Of a DNA stretch of 57,606 nt, positions 55,511-57,606 are shown in pieces. The stretch lies in the NCBI GenBank assembly GCA_021809805.1, contig JAJZKA010000003.1, positions 1 to 57,606 on the forward strand. The letters run 5' to 3'. The notes beneath the pieces were generated by a model that worked only from the letters and a program-made list of their open reading frames with translations, searched no databases and was not told the origin of the DNA. The DNA is from Actinomycetes bacterium. Its GTDB lineage: Bacteria > Actinomycetota > Acidimicrobiia > Acidimicrobiales > Bog-793. Each line of letters starts with the position of its first letter. Position 1 is the stretch's first letter. The position numbers were made by a program, and so were the translations under genes.

Positions 55511-57085
55511 TCAGCGGTCGGTCGGCGCCTCCGCCGAGGCGGCCGCAGTCGCCACGTCGCGGGGGTAGGTGCGAAGGGCGCGCAGCAAGATGACCCCGCT
55601 CGCCAGGAAGGGCACGAGCATAACCCCGAAGGTGACCTGGAGACCGGCCACGTCCGCGAGGCCGCCGAACGCGAGCGGTGCCAGCGCCTGCACGGCGGTG
55701 CGCAAGAAGGAGCGGACGCCTTCGGCACGGCCCCACAACAGCGGCGGCATGATGTCGAGGCGGGCCGCGTCGATCGGCGGGTTCTGCGCGGCAAGGGCGA
55801 ACCCCGCGAGCGCGATATAGGGCAGCGCCGTCAGCGCGCTGTGGCTGATGATCGCCGGGATGAACAAGAGCGCGGTGAGGACCGCCGAGGCGGCCGCCAC
55901 GAGCACGCGGCCATTCAGCCGCCCCTTGCGCACCAGCGAGTCGCCGAGGCGCCCGCCGACGAGCACCCCGAGGACCGCGACGCCTCCGACCACGAGCAGC
56001 AGGCCGTTCGCGAGGATCTGGGCGATGTGGTACTGCTGGCGAACGAACTCGAGGCCGAAGGTCTGGATGCCGGTGAGGAAAAAGTAGCCACAGGCGCTGG
56101 AGATGATCAGCACGCGGTTTGTGCGCACGGCGAGCACGTAGCGCAGTGTCGCGAACAGGCCGAGGCGGCGCGCATCTTGCTTGAGAACTAACTCGGGATG
56201 GGGGCGGACGCCGCGCTGGCGGGCGAGCTCTTGGGCATCGGTGCGCAACGGCACCTCGCGCTCGGTCTCGTTCCCGAGACCACCGAGCGGCCCTGTTGCC
56301 CCGCCGGGTGCCGGGCCCCTCGCCCGTCGCCCTTGCCGGCGCGGGCCGAGGTCGCGGCGGCCGACCACCCGCGCTGATCCCGGCGCCAGGTGGCTCGCCC
56401 CGCCGCGGACCGGCTCAGGGAGGTGGCCAAGAACCCAGGCCAAGAGGAACGTCGGGAGCGCCAAGATGACGAAGGCGGCGCGCCATGAGATGTCCGCGAC
56501 ATCACCGGTGATCACGAAACCGGCGCCAGCGCCGAGCAGCTCGCCGGCGAGCACGTAGCCATAGATCTTGCCGCGCTCATCCGCGGGGAAGTAGTCGCCG
56601 ATCAGCGAGGCCACGCCGGGCCCCGAGGCGGCGGTGAACGCGCCCAGGGCGGCGCGGGTCAGCAACAGCTCGCTGAAGTTGCCCACGGAGGCGCTGATCA
56701 ACATGACGATGCCCCAGCAAAAGACCGTGACCGTGAGCACCGCGATGCGGTTGACACGGTCGACGAGCACGCCGAAGGGCATCGAGAAGATCGCCACGGC
56801 GACCGCGGTCACCGCGACGAGCAAGCCGACGTCCGCGTTGGAGATGTGCAGGCCCTGGCGCAGCGCTGTCGCGGAGGCACCGACCGTCGCCGTGTCGGCG
56901 CTGTTGAGCGCGAGCACCGCCGCCAACAAGACGATCACCCGCGTGCGCGCGGGACCGCCGAAGAGGTGGTCGAGGGCCCGGTGGCTGGCGAGCGCTCCAT
57001 GACGCACCGCCCGTCGCCAGCGCGTGGGCGGGCGAGGCGGGGCGCGATGAGCCCGGCGCTCGGGCGGCGGCCGCAGGTCGGTCAC
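55511..57085 (-). CDS. MFS transporter with a long central cytoplasmic loop
   Basis: Two six-helix bundles separated by a charged ~90-aa loop. An MFS-like DRVNR loop motif is present. The start is uncertain. Confidence 0.8.
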   Translation of the reverse strand: MTDLRPPPERRAHRAPPRPPTRWRRAVRHGALASHRALDHLFGGPARTRVIVLLAAVLALNSADTATVGASATALRQGLHISNADVGLLVAVTAVAVAIFSMPFGVLVDRVNRIAVLTVTVFCWGIVMLISASVGNFSELLLTRAALGAFTAASGPGVASLIGDYFPADERGKIYGYVLAGELLGAGAGFVITGDVADISWRAAFVILALPTFLLAWVLGHLPEPVRGGASHLAPGSARVVGRRDLGPRRQGRRARGPAPGGATGPLGGLGNETEREVPLRTDAQELARQRGVRPHPELVLKQDARRLGLFATLRYVLAVRTNRVLIISSACGYFFLTGIQTFGLEFVRQQYHIAQILANGLLLVVGGVAVLGVLVGGRLGDSLVRKGRLNGRVLVAAASAVLTALLFIPAIISHSALTALPYIALAGFALAAQNPPIDAARLDIMPPLLWGRAEGVRSFLRTAVQALAPLAFGGLADVAGLQVTFGVMLVPFLASGVILLRALRTYPRDVATAAASAEAPTDR

Positions 57086-57151
57086 CTCACCATCATCGGC
57101 CCCCAGTCACCCGACCGTGCGCCACGGCGATCACCGCAGCTCAGACGGGGT

Positions 57152-57586
57152 CTATTGGTCGCTCAGCCAGTGATCAACGGCACGGTTGGCCGTATCGGTC
57201 ACCTCATTCAAGACCGCGCAGACCACCTCGGTCGACACGCCAAAGACCTGTGCTCGCAGCGCCATCGCACTGGCACGGGCGCACGCCCGGCGCATCGCAT
57301 CGAGCGCGTCACCGACCGCCTGCACGGCCCGAGGGTCGACCTCGGGCTCGGTGCCGGCGCCCCCGAGGGCAGCAGCGAGCGCCTCGAGCGCCGCCGCCTC
57401 ACTGGCGGCGCTGTGGGGTCGGTGGTGGAACGATGGCGTCATGCTTCTTGTACGCACGGGCGGCCGAAACCCTTCGCGATTTCTCTTGAAAAGCTCAAAC
57501 ATCGCCACTGAACTGGGATTTGTTGACGCGCCGCAGTGCCGGTAGAAATTCCTCAATGCCGCCGCGGCACGCGTCGTTAGCGACAC
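57152..57586 (-). CDS. Hypothetical protein
   Basis: 144-aa ORF with an Ala-rich helical C-terminal half. I recognise no motif. The start could be the internal MFELFK at 57502. Confidence 0.35.
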   Translation of the reverse strand: MSLTTRAAAALRNFYRHCGASTNPSSVAMFELFKRNREGFRPPVRTRSMTPSFHHRPHSAASEAAALEALAAALGGAGTEPEVDPRAVQAVGDALDAMRRACARASAMALRAQVFGVSTEVVCAVLNEVTDTANRAVDHWLSDQ

Positions 57587-57606
57587 GGAGAACGCGTGAG
57601 CGTGGC

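Noticed and set aside
1-57606. Looked for tRNA/rRNA, CRISPR arrays, transposase/integrase/recombinase genes, toxin-antitoxin pairs, restriction-modification or other defence genes
   Set aside because: None was recognised in any frame. Apart from the lower-G+C TRAP module, the window reads as core and accessory metabolism and signalling, not a mobile or defence island. This is a by-eye negative and is not exhaustive.

Overview
This is a 57.6-kb, very high-G+C, gene-dense chromosomal segment that looks like Actinomycetota. Supporting signs are a RhaEW-type rhamnose pathway, LutABC, many GTGA/ATGA overlapping start/stop junctions, and long Arg/Ala-rich shadow ORFs antisense to almost every real gene. 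I support about 44 CDS. I saw no rRNA, tRNA, CRISPR array, transposase, integrase or phage gene.

Gene blocks in order:
- (1) 359-6670, minus strand: a tightly packed string of acyl-CoA-dehydrogenase-fold flavoenzyme, ATP-grasp ligase, lipoprotein esterase, signal-less gamma-glutamyltransferase and pirin. An S9 peptidase and a quinone reductase are divergent from it.
- (2) A LysR/YeiH pair, then an epimerase plus a ManD-like enolase.
- (3) 15221-19678: receiver-PP2C phosphatase, CHASE3 histidine kinase, single-domain receiver and kynureninase, joined by three overlapping stop/start junctions.
- (4) About 600 bp (19679-20281) with no credible ORF, then a nanE / GntR(HutC) / ROK-kinase operon behind a sigma70-like promoter and a perfect DasR/NagR-type palindrome.
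- (5) UbiB/ABC1 kinase and a 2-hydroxyacid dehydrogenase.
- (6) A 578-bp leader followed by an 805-aa secreted mosaic protein. It carries 28 Gly-Thr-Ser collagen-like triplets, heptad repeats, six propeller-like blades and a GH25/DUF1906-like C-terminal domain.
- (7) MarR plus a fused full-length ABC exporter.
- (8) A complete phosphorylated L-rhamnose catabolic operon (rhaM-rhaI-rhaEW-rhaB-LacI-P-loop kinase), divergent from lutA and a lutB-lutC fusion.
- (9) A visibly lower-G+C TRAP transporter plus DHDPS-family aldolase module.
- (10) LacI, GH78 alpha-L-rhamnosidase, GH63-like glucosidase and MFS transporter.

The loci I consider most worth follow-up are the mosaic collagen-like/propeller/muramidase-like protein with its structured leader, the ACAD-fold + ATP-grasp + esterase + GGT cassette, and the two-component/kynureninase operon. 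All functional calls come from reading motifs in the supplied translations. No database search was run.
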